A DNA stretch of 64,000 nt from Lama glama (Eukaryota). This document shows positions 1-11,955 of this stretch, in pieces. The stretch's first letter is position 1, and each line of letters begins with the position of its first letter. The translations under genes were made by a program, and so were the position numbers. Location of the stretch: NCBI GenBank assembly GCA_028534125.1, contig CM052816.1:87422001-87486000 (forward strand). The letters are read 5' to 3'. The notes under the pieces are model-generated. The model ran no database searches. It was not told where the DNA came from and saw only the letters and a program-made list of their open reading frames with translations.

Positions 1-160
1 ATTGTCTAGGAACTCACTGAAGAGGTAATCCCATCCTATAGCACAGGCTTAAATGCCATCTGAATGCCTCTTTCCCAATTGGTATCTTTGTCTCCTATCC
101 CTGTGCCAAGCATCAAATTCCAATTTCAGAATTCCTACTCAGGATTTCCACGTTCAAGTC

Positions 161-555
161 TGCATTAGTCCGCTTGGGCAGCCAGAACAACATACCAGAC
201 ACTGAGTGGCTTAAAAACAGAAACTTATTTTCTCACAATTCCAGAGGGTAAGAAGCCCAAGATTAAAGTGCTGGCTGGTTGGATTCCTGGTGAGAGCTTT
301 CTTAGCTTGCTGATGAATGTCTTCTTGCTGTGTACTCACGTGACTTCTTGGTACTGATACCGAGAGGGTGAGTTAGCTCCCTGGTGTCTCCTCTTGTGAG
401 GGCACTAATCCCATCATGAGGACTCCATCCTTAAGACCTCATCTAACCCTAATTACCCACCAAAGGCCCTAGCTCCAAATACCCTTATGTTGGGGGTTCA
501 TATTTCAACATATGTGATCCTTGAATTTTGGGGATCACACTTCTAGTCCATAGCA
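161..555 (-). mobile_element. MaLR solo LTR, MLT1A-like
   Basis: TG...CA ends (tgcattagtc ... gtccatagca); diagnostic ggcttaaaaacagaaacttattttctcaca and gggcactaatcccatcatgagg...ctcatctaaccctaattac; degenerate 5-bp flanks aagtc/acatc. Confidence 0.9.
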
Positions 556-892
556 ACATCTAATCATTTTAAGCACAACTTGTTCCAAAAAAACAAACTC
601 TTGATTTCTGCCCATTCTTACCACAACCTAAATAATTATATTAATTTTTAAAATCTTCATCTTAGTAAACTGTATAAGTATTCATTTAATTTTTAAGCAC
701 TTAGGGTCAACTCTGAAGCCTTGTTTCCCCGCCGCCCCCCACCACACACACAATCAGTGCCACTGCTGAGTCCACTGGCTTCAAAGCTTTAGTGTCTACA
801 TATAACTTTAATTCAGTCACTTTTCACTTCTACCATCCTTACCTTTGAGTCAGCCACTATTATCTTAGTCTCCAAACTGGTCTTTAAAAGAC

Positions 893-1037
893 CAATACTG
901 TCTCACTGTGGATAGTGTCCCTGATTCCCCCATAGGCTCTACAATTAAAATGAACCTCCCAGGATACACTAAAAAGGGGGAGTGAAGGCTTGTAAAGATT
1001 TGTCTTAATTGGCTCTGAGATTCAGTTTTGTTATCTG
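893..1037 (+). repeat. 145-bp dispersed direct repeat, copy 1 (inferred derived copy)
   Basis: Identical to 1853-1997 except one base (958 C vs 1918 A); offset 960 bp. Confidence 0.98.
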
Positions 1038-1852
1038 CTTCTACTTATATTTCCCTCCCCCAACAATTTATTGCACAATGGCCAGTTGCAAACCCTCCAA
1101 TGTCACTGTCAAAGTGCTTTCCATGGCTTAAAGCCAATGTCTGGCCTTGCCCCTCCATTTTTCTTTCTCATTATGCCCAGTTCACCCCAGTCATAGGGAC
1201 TTGGCATTTACCCAGCTCCCCCTTATACTTTATGGAGATCTTGGTTTAAATATCCTTGCTTCAGAGCTACATTCTCTAACTACTCTGTGAATAGCTCTTC
1301 CCTCTCCAGAAGAATTATCTTCATCCTTTGTTCATTTAATTTTATTTAAATCAGAACTGCTTCAACATACATGATACTGTATTGTATTGTTTGTCTTCCA
1401 AAATAAAATGCAATCCCCATGAGGGAGGCCCTACAAAAGCACCTGGTACCTAGGAGCCCTCAGTAAATATTTGTTTGGTGAGTGAATAAATGAAGGGAAG
1501 AAAGAATGTATATGGGCACATAAATTCACCCAAACTAACACATGTGTATAAAGGAGTTAAAACAATTTACATGAGGATATGCTAAGAGTGATATTTAGGG
1601 AGGAAAGTGAGGTATATCTGTGATTTATTTTAGAGTAATTTATTCATGCATATAACTTGGCTCATAAATGTAATAATCATTAGCTAGTTATGCCATTTGT
1701 ATTAGGATTCGGTACTGAAATTGTGTTCTCCCACTGAAATGATTAAAGGAATTAAAAAAAAAACACAATTTGAGTGTCAAGCTACCAAAAAATGGCTTTA
1801 AAGTTAAGACAATAATTTGGACAAATACTAATTATCTTTTCACCCCAAGATG

Positions 1853-1997
1853 CAATACTGTCTCACTGTGGATAGTGTCCCTGATTCCCCCATAGGCTCT
1901 ACAATTAAAATGAACCTACCAGGATACACTAAAAAGGGGGAGTGAAGGCTTGTAAAGATTTGTCTTAATTGGCTCTGAGATTCAGTTTTGTTATCTG
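1853..1997 (+). repeat. 145-bp dispersed direct repeat, copy 2 (inferred donor)
   Basis: caatactgtctcactg...ttcagttttgttatctg, 144/145 identical to 893-1037; lies in unique-looking sequence. Confidence 0.98.
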
Positions 1998-4869
1998 AAG
2001 AGAACAGAGAAGAATCAGTGTGAACACCTGGACTCGTGTCTGTGCAGGGTCCTGAGCTCCGAACGGAACAATTAAATGGCTTAATCTTAAAACCCTCTAA
2101 GGTGTAATTCAGTAGCTCTCTTTAGAAGACCATTGCTAATTCTTCCTAAATTGCTGCTGCTGCTAACTGCACTGCCTTAATTTGAACAGTATTCAAAATT
2201 CCATTCTTTCTAATGGAGTTAATTGCATTATGAAAGTCAGCTTAGAGTGGAAACTTGTTTCCTCTTGTGGAGTATCTCTCTATAGAGTCCTTTTTTCCCT
2301 CCCTTTCAACTTGACACCTGTGCACATTTATACAGAATAATGTTCACAGATGCACAGTGTGCCCTATTTAAACTAAATTTTAAAGACTATTCTTCAAAAT
2401 ATTTATAAATACACCAGGCCAGGTTAGCTCTCCGAAGTGCCTACAGTTTTGTACATGCTCAGGCCGTCTGATCCAATAGACTCTAAGTCCTTGGAACATT
2501 AACAAATCTCTGAGCTTTTAAATAGGCTGTGACCTATTCATTTAGAGGGCTACTTCAATAAAGCGAAGGCTCACTTAGGTTAATGATGGATCATGGAGCT
2601 ATTCGATTTGCAGTGAGCAAAGTTGCCCATTATCCCCTAACATTCGTGTGGGTCATGTTATCACAACCAAATAATGAGTCAAGCCCCTTCCCTGGTTCCT
2701 GTAGATTTCCAAGTCATTACAGGAAATCTTAGTGTGTAAGTCCATGAAGCTTTATGCCTGATAACTGCGGATGAATTACTATTTTTGCTGAGAGTATGAA
2801 ATTTCAGCGAAGGGTTCATTTCTCATGAGAACATCAGCAGCTTATTCAGAGTTCATGAGTATTTTGAACAGTAAGGCAGACATTCTCTCCATCTCCTCTC
2901 ACCCCCTCAGTTAAGCATCCTTCAAAGCATATTCTCATTTACCATCTACTCTTGCTCCCAGATGCATATTTACATGGAGATGCCCACAGACTCAGACAGG
3001 TAGACACTGAATCAATTAGTAATTTTAAAAAAGTTACCTTGATTATAAATGTCATATCAAGGAACCAAAAATCTGTTTTATGATACCGACATGGTGACTG
3101 TTTCCTTTACATGTCAGTTTTCTGTTAATACCATACAGTCTTTTTAGAGGCACATGTTCATGCTAAGAAATCTTTAAAATTAAGGAAAAGTCACTGGAAA
3201 TCTATTTTAAGTGTATTTCAAGTATTTCTGGGATGCCCTCACATTCCATGCTTACCACTCCTGTGTCCATGCGTGCACACACATACAAATGTTAAAAGCA
3301 ACTTCTTCAGTAAGATCTCTAAAGCTAGCTGTTTCTGATGCAAGACAATAAACCCTTTTGGCATTAATTGTTCCTAAAAATGAAATACTTCCACACTATA
3401 GAGAAAGCTATATAAAATATGAATGACAGGAAGAAAACAACTTCATTTATTCTTGCTCTGCGATTTATGGTGTGGAGATGGCAACCACGGGGGATGTGAA
3501 GAATGGCGAATTCTTCTGTGTTTGATGCTAATTTTACAGCACAGCACAAAAATAGAACATTGTGCCGTACTCTGGATTGCTAAGTGAGTTTGTTTAAAGG
3601 TGGTCGATTAGTTCATGTCACCATGGAGAGCTAGTACGTTATGAACGTCTTTACAAACAGACTTGGGGAAAATTCCCCACTATTGTGGATTCACAGAGGA
3701 TGATGCTGAAAAATTATTAGATTTTGCTTCCCAGTTACAAAGCTATGATTAATAACTTTAACACAGAGCCAAGATATTTTCACTAATGGTTACTTAACCA
3801 ATGTTTCGAAATATATTTATTCTTCCATTTTTTAATGCCAAGGAAGCTTTCGAACGCCATGAAAGAAGGTAATTAGGCTGAAAAGGTAGAGCCAACATTC
3901 TCTTATCAAGAACAAACAAAAAGTGTACCTATCATTCTCTGACAGAAGTTAGAGTAAATACATTACAAAGTATATGAAGGCATTTCCTAACTTTCTCTTT
4001 GGCTTATTACACATTGTTTAAAATGTGTTTAACTATATCAGGATATTTTTACCATGACAGAAATCAGTTTGAATATTTTTGATGGCCAATTACAAAAATA
4101 CCAAGACCTCTCATAGTCTCTATTCCCCTTCCTTTCTTTGTTTCTCAAAATATTTCCAACTTCATCTGTGGCCCCATGTTAAGAAATCCAGGTGGTTTAG
4201 CATTTCTAATTTTATTATAGAATTTCATCTTTATTTCTGGGGTGATCCCTCACCTTGTAACTTACCCTTCTAGAGCTGTCTTGCCTTATCCTTGACTTAC
4301 CGTGTACCCTTGACCTGTAAAGTCAGTGGGTCATTAGTTAACACTTGATTCCAGATAGTTTACTTGACCTTAGTCTGGTCCCTGTCTATTCGCAGCCTCC
4401 GTGATGGTGAGTGGCATTTCGGCACTCCCTGTGGAAGACTTGTGGGCCCTGTCTTTCATGGACAGCCTGATGTTGGATTACACAGCCCTCCTCTTGGGCT
4501 CTACAACCTGTCTCCATCCATGTTAACAGATTCACAGAATGTTCATTTTCCCCCTTATGTTGCCTACAGCATGTTTTTAGCTATCTACATTTAATAATTG
4601 TAGCCATCTGCCATTTAAAATACTTTTGAGATTAGTTATTTAACATTATTCATTTCAGGTGACATGTTTATATTTCAAAAGAAGCCATCTGGAGGTAATG
4701 TTTAATCCAAGTCATGACTAACAGAGTTTGGGATTCCATTACTGTTCCATGGATGCTATTTTGAGGATTTTTTTTTCTTTACAAATATAACTTGTTTGAT
4801 ATTTTCATCAGTTGTCATCTGATGTATTTTGTCACTTAGATGTTAATTGCTACTTTTCTTGTTTAAGTA

Positions 4870-5065
4870 TATTTCATAATTTATTATAAATGTAGTACAT
4901 ACTCATGGTGAAGAAAATCAGTTATTACAGAATGTGTTAAACTGAAATCATCTCCCTTCTTACTCACCTTTATCCCATTTCCCAGACATAACTGCTCACA
5001 CAAGCAGTTCCCTATGTATTCTTGCAGAAACTTTCTACCAACATACAAATGCATGAATATAGAGA
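4870..5065 (-). mobile_element. Old L1 (L1ME-type) 3' end fragment
   Basis: ttattataaatgtagtacatactcatgg...cccatttcccagacataactgc...tgtattcttgcagaaactttcta resembles a reversed L1ME 3' UTR. Confidence 0.6.
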
Positions 5066-5094
5066 ATACTGTTGTCTGTCTTCAATTTACCTGA

Positions 5095-6330
5095 TGATTG
5101 ACCCAGTTAATTTCTCTTATTAATACAATATTTTTCTTTCACTTGAATTTTCAGATAACTACAACTTTGGTCTGCCCTTTTTACCCCACTGGCAATCCCT
5201 TCTCAGTTTTATTTTCTGGTTTCTTCTTTTTCCCCTTAATATTGAATCAGCTTTGGGTTTTCTCCTGTCTGTCTACACCCACACATCCAAGTGATCTCAT
5301 CCAAGTTCATAGTTTTAAACACCATATGTTGACAGCTCCCAAATATATATCTCCAGCTCAGATCTCCCAAAATCTGATCTCCTATACCCAACTGCTTTTT
5401 TGGCAAATAATACACTTGTGTACCTAACCAACATCTCAAATTCACGTGTCCAAAATGAACTTTGAGTCATCAGTTACAAATATATTCTATTTTCAGATTT
5501 TACCATGTCTGTTGATAAACTCCATCCTGTTAGTTATTCAAGCTAAAATTTCTCAACTCTCTTACACCCTCTATTTCTCTCTAATCGTATATCTAATCTG
5601 CTAGGAAATCCTGTTGGCTATACTTCCAAAATGTATGTAGAATCTTTCCAATTTTCAGCAATTTCCCTGATCTCACCATGATGCTAGTAGTAGTAATTGC
5701 CCACATGAATGACTGCATCAGCCTCCTCACTTGATTCGTGCTAGCCCTCCAAAGATTAGCCTCAACAGCAAGGGTCATCCTTTGAAAAAAATGTCAGCTC
5801 ATGTCATCCCTCTGTTTAGAAGCCAACTGATAGCTCCCTATTTACCTCGGAGGAAATGCCAAGGGTCTGTATAATCTGTGCCCCCTCATCTTATTTCTGG
5901 TCTCTTCTCCTACATTCTTCCCCTTACTCATTCTACTTGCACAACTCCCCTTGCTTTTCTTGGAACTTACAAGTCTTATTCCCATCTTTGCTGGTCATTC
6001 CCTCTGCTGGAATTCTGTGGACCAGATGCCTACTTGCCTAGCTGCCTGCAGGCATCTTTGTGCAAGTCCCCCCTTCTCTATGAGATCTGTTCTTAACCAC
6101 TCTATTTCATAGTGCAAATTGCACAAAACCCTTAGGCAATACAACCACCTTTATCCTGTTCTACATTTTTCTTTTTCCACATCGTGTTTGTAATTTATTT
6201 ACACCTCTCCTTTCTGGAATATAGATGCTTGGAGAACAGGGATCTTTACATTTTGTGCACTGATCTATCTCAGGAAATAAGAACAGCATCTGGCAGACTA
6301 GCACATAGTATTTGATATATATTTGCATGT
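5095..6330 (+). mobile_element. L2 LINE fragment
   Basis: catctcaaattcacgtgtccaaaatgaact, aaatcctgttggctatacttccaaaatgtat, cagctcatgtcatccctctgtttagaa; 3' part ttttgtgcactgatctatctcagg...gcacatagta. Confidence 0.85.
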
Positions 6331-7266
6331 ACATTTTATATATATAAATAATTTAATGGCCAAATTTCTCCAGATTTCTCATATGACTTTAGTGTTTTAG
6401 AAGCATACAGGAATATATATTAGCCTGAGCACACATAGTCTTTTTTTAAAAGAATAAGAAACATAAATCACTTTATATTTTCATTTATAAGCAGAGCAAT
6501 GTGGCTAAAGTTTAAGACTGTGAAACAAAACGTCTGCACTCAGTTTGTTTGGATTTGTTTGTGTGTGACTGTAATTTTGTGATTTCAATTGCACTTGGTA
6601 AATTGAAATCAGAATTTGAACTTGATTGTTTCTAAGATCCCTTCTCTGTGATGGTGGAGGATGAGCAAGGTAAAGATTCTCTCTGTCTGATGCACTTTTT
6701 ACATTTAATATTCACGTACTTTACCCTTATACTCTTAGGTGTTTGGCTATTTACAGTGTGGATGTGCATGTATATGAGCACATGCATGCAGACACGGGTC
6801 TACCTATGTTTCTAAGTGATTGCTACTACGTTGACTTACAGCAAATGAGAGTATGTAAGTTCCCAGAGGCATAAGTCATTTCAAGTGTAAATCATGCATG
6901 GAAATATGTACACATAGACAGTGATGGGGAGAGAGGGAGAAGGAGAGATGGCAAATTTAGATGATTTTTCTGAAGAATAAGAATTATACCCATTTATCTG
7001 AATTATAAATATTTTCCACTTACAAATATTTAATACAATATTTAATCATTTATTTTTTTTTGTTGTTGTCACACAGAGAATCTATGGTACACCAAGAAAA
7101 GAGAAAGAGTAAAGGAACTATCAAATTTATTTCACAAGCAGCCTTACGTTAATGTAAAACAATATTGAAAGTAAACTTTAAGCTTAGATGGCAAACTTGC
7201 ATGAAAGGCTAAAATATATATATTTTGAAATATCTATCATCTTAGGTAAATTCCCTTTTATCTGAC

Positions 7267-7578
7267 TGTCCTAGTCCTTGGGCTGCTGTAAAAAATAGCA
7301 CAGACTGGGTGTTTATTTCTCACAGTTCTACAGATTAGAAAGTCCAAGATCAGGGCAGTGACTGATTCTGTCTGCACAAGGCTGTGCTCCTGGTTCATAG
7401 ACCTCCCTCTTCTTGCCATCCTCACCTGGTGGAAACAGTAAGCGAGCTCTCTGGGGTCTCATATCGGGGCACTAATCCCATTCATAAGGGTTCCACTCTC
7501 ATGACCTAATCACCTCCTGATATCATCACACAAGAGGGCCAGGATTTCAACGTGTGCATTTTGCAAGACAAGATAGCG
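7267..7578 (-). mobile_element. MaLR solo LTR, MLT1A-like
   Basis: tgtcctagtccttgggctgctgtaa...tttatttctcacagttct...aagtccaagatcaggg...ggcactaatcccattcataagggttccactctcatgacctaatcacctcc; same family as 161-555. Confidence 0.88.
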
Positions 7579-7642
7579 CTGCCTTTAATGGAAGGTTTTG
7601 GTACTGTAGTTTCAATATTGATGGAATTAACTGTTGAATCAG

Positions 7643-8365
7643 TGTATGAGTCAGGCTTCAGTCACGGAAGCAGAGCCCACTCTAAAGTTCATGAGAACAA
7701 GGGATTAATTTTCAGAATGAATTTACACAAGCGAGGGTGATCTGGGGAAGTGGAAGTCTGGGAGGAGGAGACTGAAGTCAGAGAGAAGCTGCTGACGGTT
7801 CTGCCCAAGGCTCTGGTGGGAGGCAGGGGGGTCAAAGCCGGCACAGAGATCTGGGAATCCAGGCACGCAGGGCCACCGAGGCGGGCGGGTCCTGACAAGA
7901 TGCTCAAGCAGAGGTGGGCCAGAAGCTGTTGGCTCGGCTGAGCGACTGTGTCTGTGGGTCTGCATTCAGGTGAATAAGGCTGAGTGGGTCCGAGCTGCTG
8001 TGGATCAGTGCAGCCAGCCTTCAGGAGTGAGAGCTAAGAGAGGAACACAGCAGGGGCGGGACCAGCTGGACCCGCTTGTCCGCCTCTGGGTCTGTCCATT
8101 CAATATTTGCCCATGGTGGTCTTTGGGCATAATGGTTATTCCTTTGCTTCTGTCTTTCAGACTGTGTTTCTGATCGGTGCTCATCAGCAACCATCTGGAA
8201 ACATATTCCATACTTCATATTTATGAAACATATTCACAGCTTCGTCAAGCTGATGTAGGGCAGGGCAGTAGGTCTGCTCCTCATCACCCTGGCATCAAAC
8301 ACGCCTCCTTAAACCATGTTTGACTTCCACATAAAGGAAATAGCAAAATCAGATTTCCACCTAAC
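7643..8365 (-). mobile_element. ERVL-type solo LTR, LTR41-like
   Basis: Starts tgtatgagtcaggcttcagtcacggaagcagagcc...aagggattaatt...ctggggaagtggaagtctgggagg; GC-richer body explains the short ORF cluster here; right boundary approximate. Confidence 0.6.
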
Positions 8366-8761
8366 ACGGTAATTCTATGGTTCAACATCTAAGTGCAGTT
8401 TCTAGGTAAATTATATTTAACGTTTAATAGCTTATATTTAAGCTGCCTGTTTTTCCACTCTGGTCTAGGACAGATTAAGCAATAATGAAAAGCAATGTGC
8501 AGTAAACGTTCAGCACTACAATTTGTCCAGAATGTCAATGAAAATACATGATGTGATCTTTCACTTTTCTCTTCATAATAGTGAACATATTTTTACAGGA
8601 CTAAAATGTCAACAACCTGTTGGTATCCTCACTTATATTCATGTCTAATACAAAATGTTTATCCGACAAATGGCAGCATTCTGGAGGGCTTTTGAAATTT
8701 CACCCCCATGTGTTTGGGGTTATTTTATATTGAATCTGATGTCCCAAGATTGTGGTTTTTT

Positions 8762-8885
8762 ATTTCATTGTTTTATTTAGTAAATATTTGTTTAGCAATC
8801 TACTGTATGCCAGAGCCTATTTTAAGTACTGTATACATAGCCATGAAAACTACAAAATCCTTGACTACGTGGGACTTCAAATACG
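8762..8885 (-). mobile_element. L2 3' end fragment
   Basis: tttagtaaatatttgtttagcaatctactgtatgccagagcctattttaagtactg. Confidence 0.7.
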
Positions 8886-9211
8886 ATTCTTCTTTAGCTT
8901 CTAATCCATATATCCCATTAAATAACTCCATTGGAGCTAAAGCTGTTCAGATAAGGAATTTAAGAAAATTAACTAGTGTGTTAGTTCTCAATTAGTCACA
9001 ATCTTGTAGTTACTACAGAAAGAGTGGGAAAAGTCATAGTGTCCACGGTGGGGGTAAATAGTTACACATTTACCCTTAGTTTCTAGAACATCCTACATTA
9101 GAATTGTGGCAGTTTTGTAGCAAAGAACCAAGTTTCTTCACTATGTCTGAGTAATCTTCTAAACCCCAAAATAAATGCCCATAATTGTTTTTTTTAAGTT
9201 CATATAGCTTT

Positions 9212-10152
9212 CTTTTTTAAAAAAAATAGATATAATTGACATATAACATTGTATTAATTTTATATGTACAACATAATTTGATATATGTATGTATATATTG
9301 TGAAATGATTGCTACACGTTTAGCTAACATTCATCACCATAAATAGTTACAACTTTTTATTCTTGTGATGAGAACTGTTCAAATCTATTCTCTTAGCAAT
9401 TTTCAAACATACAATACAGTGCTGTTAACTATAGTCACCAAGATGTAAATTACATTCCATGACCTAATTATTTCATAACTGGTGATTTGTACCTTTTGAC
9501 AACCTTCTGCTCTTCCCCTACCCTCACCTCCTACCCTCTGCCTCTGGCAACTACCAATCTATTCTCTGTTTCTGTGAACTTTTAAATTTTTTTTGGATTC
9601 CACATATGGGTTAGATCATATAGTATTTGTCTTTCTCTGACTTGTTTCACTTCACATAATGCCTTCAAGATCTATCCATGTTATTGTACATGGCAGGATT
9701 TTCTTTTTCATGGCTGAATAATATTCTATTATATATCTATCATATTTTCTTTCCTCATTCATCTATTGCTGAGCACTTAGGTTGTTTCCATGTCTTTGCT
9801 ATGGTAAATAATGCTGCAATGAACACAGGGCTACAGGTATCTTTTTTTTGATAGTGATTTTGTTTCCTTTGTATACATACTCAGAAGTAGAATTTGGAGT
9901 CACATGTTCTGTTTTCAAATTTTTGAGGAATCTCATACTATCTTCCATAGTGGCTACACCAATTTACGTTTTCACCAACAGTGCACAAGGGTTCCCTTTT
10001 CTCCACATCCTTGGAAACATTTGTTTTCTTGGTTTTCCAATGACAGTCATTCTAGCAAGTATAAGGTGATATCTCATTGTGATTTGACTTGCATTTTCCT
10101 GATGATTACTAATGTTGAGTACCTCTTCATGTACCTCTTGTTCATCTGTATG
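9212..10152 (-). mobile_element. 5'-truncated L1 (L1MA9-like 3' UTR plus end of ORF2)
   Basis: gatataattgacatataacattgtattaatttt... 3' UTR; ORF2-like reading on - strand (9964-10158: ...TMRYHLILARMTVI...). Confidence 0.9.
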
Positions 10153-11871
10153 GTCCAAGTACAGTGGTGCTTATAATTCATTGATTACAGTCAGTCACAT
10201 GGCGTTCTGATTCTCAAAATATTCATTTGAATCAAATTGTCTCTGTTCTATAGGGAGGGATCAGATGTTTCTGCCTAGCTCATATAGTGATGTCTCTTTA
10301 GATTGGGCCTGTTTCCTGATCTGATTCTTATTGCTACATTTGAAGTTTCCTGTTACACAGAGCACCCTTTCTACAACTTCTTTTGAAGGAAAGAATTACA
10401 CACTTCCTATACAGACATCATTATAGTTGACCAACAGTTCACTGTCTCTTTCTGGGAAAACAGGAAGCTTGTAGTTTCAACGATACTGACATCAGCTGGC
10501 CTCTGACTTAGTTTACTGAGTGGAATTCGCGCCTCAGGGATAATCACTTACCTGCAGGAGAAGCTGAGCCCTGGGTCTTTCCTCCCTGATCCTTCTACCT
10601 GCCACGTCAGCTAACAGCTGTGGAATGATTAGCGGATTTGGAAATGAACGGATGAGCATCACGCTGAGACAGTTGCCCTGGAGAATTGCTCAGATCCACA
10701 GTTAGGTTTATATGAGTGAAAAATGAATAAATCTATAGTTAAGGAAGATGGGGTTAATGGTTTGTTTGTGGAAGATGCTATAGTGAGTGCAGATGCAATC
10801 CCCTTGCCAGAAACAGGCTACTAATGAAATAATACCATTGAAAATCATTAGATTCACAGAGAGGTAATGACAGCTAGTGAATGATCACTGAATAATACAA
10901 CTCCTTATATTAGTAAGATTATTTTCCTTGATCTAGCTCTGATTCAAAGAATAAATTAATGTGTAGTTATATTTTTACTCCTAACACCAGAATAATACTC
11001 AAATAATACTTAACTCCCCAAGCGAATGATATGATACTTTGAAATATTAACATAGTTTATAATGCTGTATACCATCTATAATTTTTATTTTAGAGTATTC
11101 CAGTTTTTAATAATTTATAATTCTTTTAATTACTAGATTGTTTTATATTTCAAGTATATTTTTTCCCATTCAAGAATTAGAAGATACAATAGGCATACAA
11201 ATTTCAGTGTTGAGAAAGCAAAAAATAAGTGGTATTTGTGAATAGAGTGTGAACAGGAATATAGGAATGGTAAGAATATGATAATTAGATTCACATTGAG
11301 TTTTTCTCAAAGAGTTGTACATTTTTACAGAGGACTAACCAATTCTTAGAGCAGAAATCTTCAGAATCCCTTCTCATTACAGAATTTTGCTAAATAGAAA
11401 TGCAAATTTTATTACAATATTGTGCAATTCTTTATTTTATGAGCATGTTCAATGCTTTTTCATTTGCTGAAGTGCCAAGCTTATATTCCATAGTGATTTT
11501 ATTTCTTCCCTCTCTTCTTTCTCTTCCTCCCTCCATTCTTTCTTTCTTCTAGATTTTTCTGTAAAGTATAGTATCCTAGGGGCTCCATAACTGGGATTCA
11601 TTTTTTGAATATATTTTCTTACTTTCTTAATATTGTCATCCCAGTTGAACTTGGTTCCTTAAGACACCTCTACACAGTGTACATTAGTATCTTTCAAGGA
11701 GTGTGATACCTTAATCTCTTATGTAAATGCCCATCTAATTTTAAAATTTTCCATGAAAGCCTTTGACCCCATGTATCCCCATTATTTCAACATACTTCTT
11801 ATTCTTACTTGTAGATCTACTGTAGGGTTTACCAACATAATACACTGCTTTAATTTTTTCTTATGTAGCCA

Positions 11872-11955
11872 GTAATTATTTATTGAGCACCTACTATTTT
11901 CCAGTCACTCATTCTACACTGAATAAAATGATGAACAGGATGGACATATTCCATC
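11872..11955 (-). mobile_element. L2 3' end fragment
   Basis: tatttattgagcacctactattttccagtcactcattctacactg. Confidence 0.6.

Larger units (their letters stand above)
20..1493 (+). mobile_element. L2 LINE 3' fragment, interrupted by an MLT1 LTR (161-555) and by a templated insertion (~886-1037)
   Basis: L2-like motifs (cctactcaggatttccac...; aacttgttccaaaa...ctcttgattt; ctccaaactggtct...ctgcttctact) ending in the typical L2 tail gtaaatatttgtttggtgagtgaataaatgaa at ~1463-1493. Confidence 0.8.

Noticed and set aside
893..1997. The 145-bp repeats as LTRs or the ends of a 1.1-kb element, or as a formatting artefact (offset is 16 x 60)
   Set aside because: No TG...CA ends or TSD, and the intervening DNA is the continuation of the host L2. 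The boundaries are off line breaks and the copies differ by one base.
2315..2352. Imperfect 14-bp hairpin
   Set aside because: Too short for a pre-miRNA and plausible by chance.
7552..8218. Cluster of short ORFs and locally higher GC
   Set aside because: Explained by an LTR remnant; CpG density looks too low for a CpG island and I recognise no protein.
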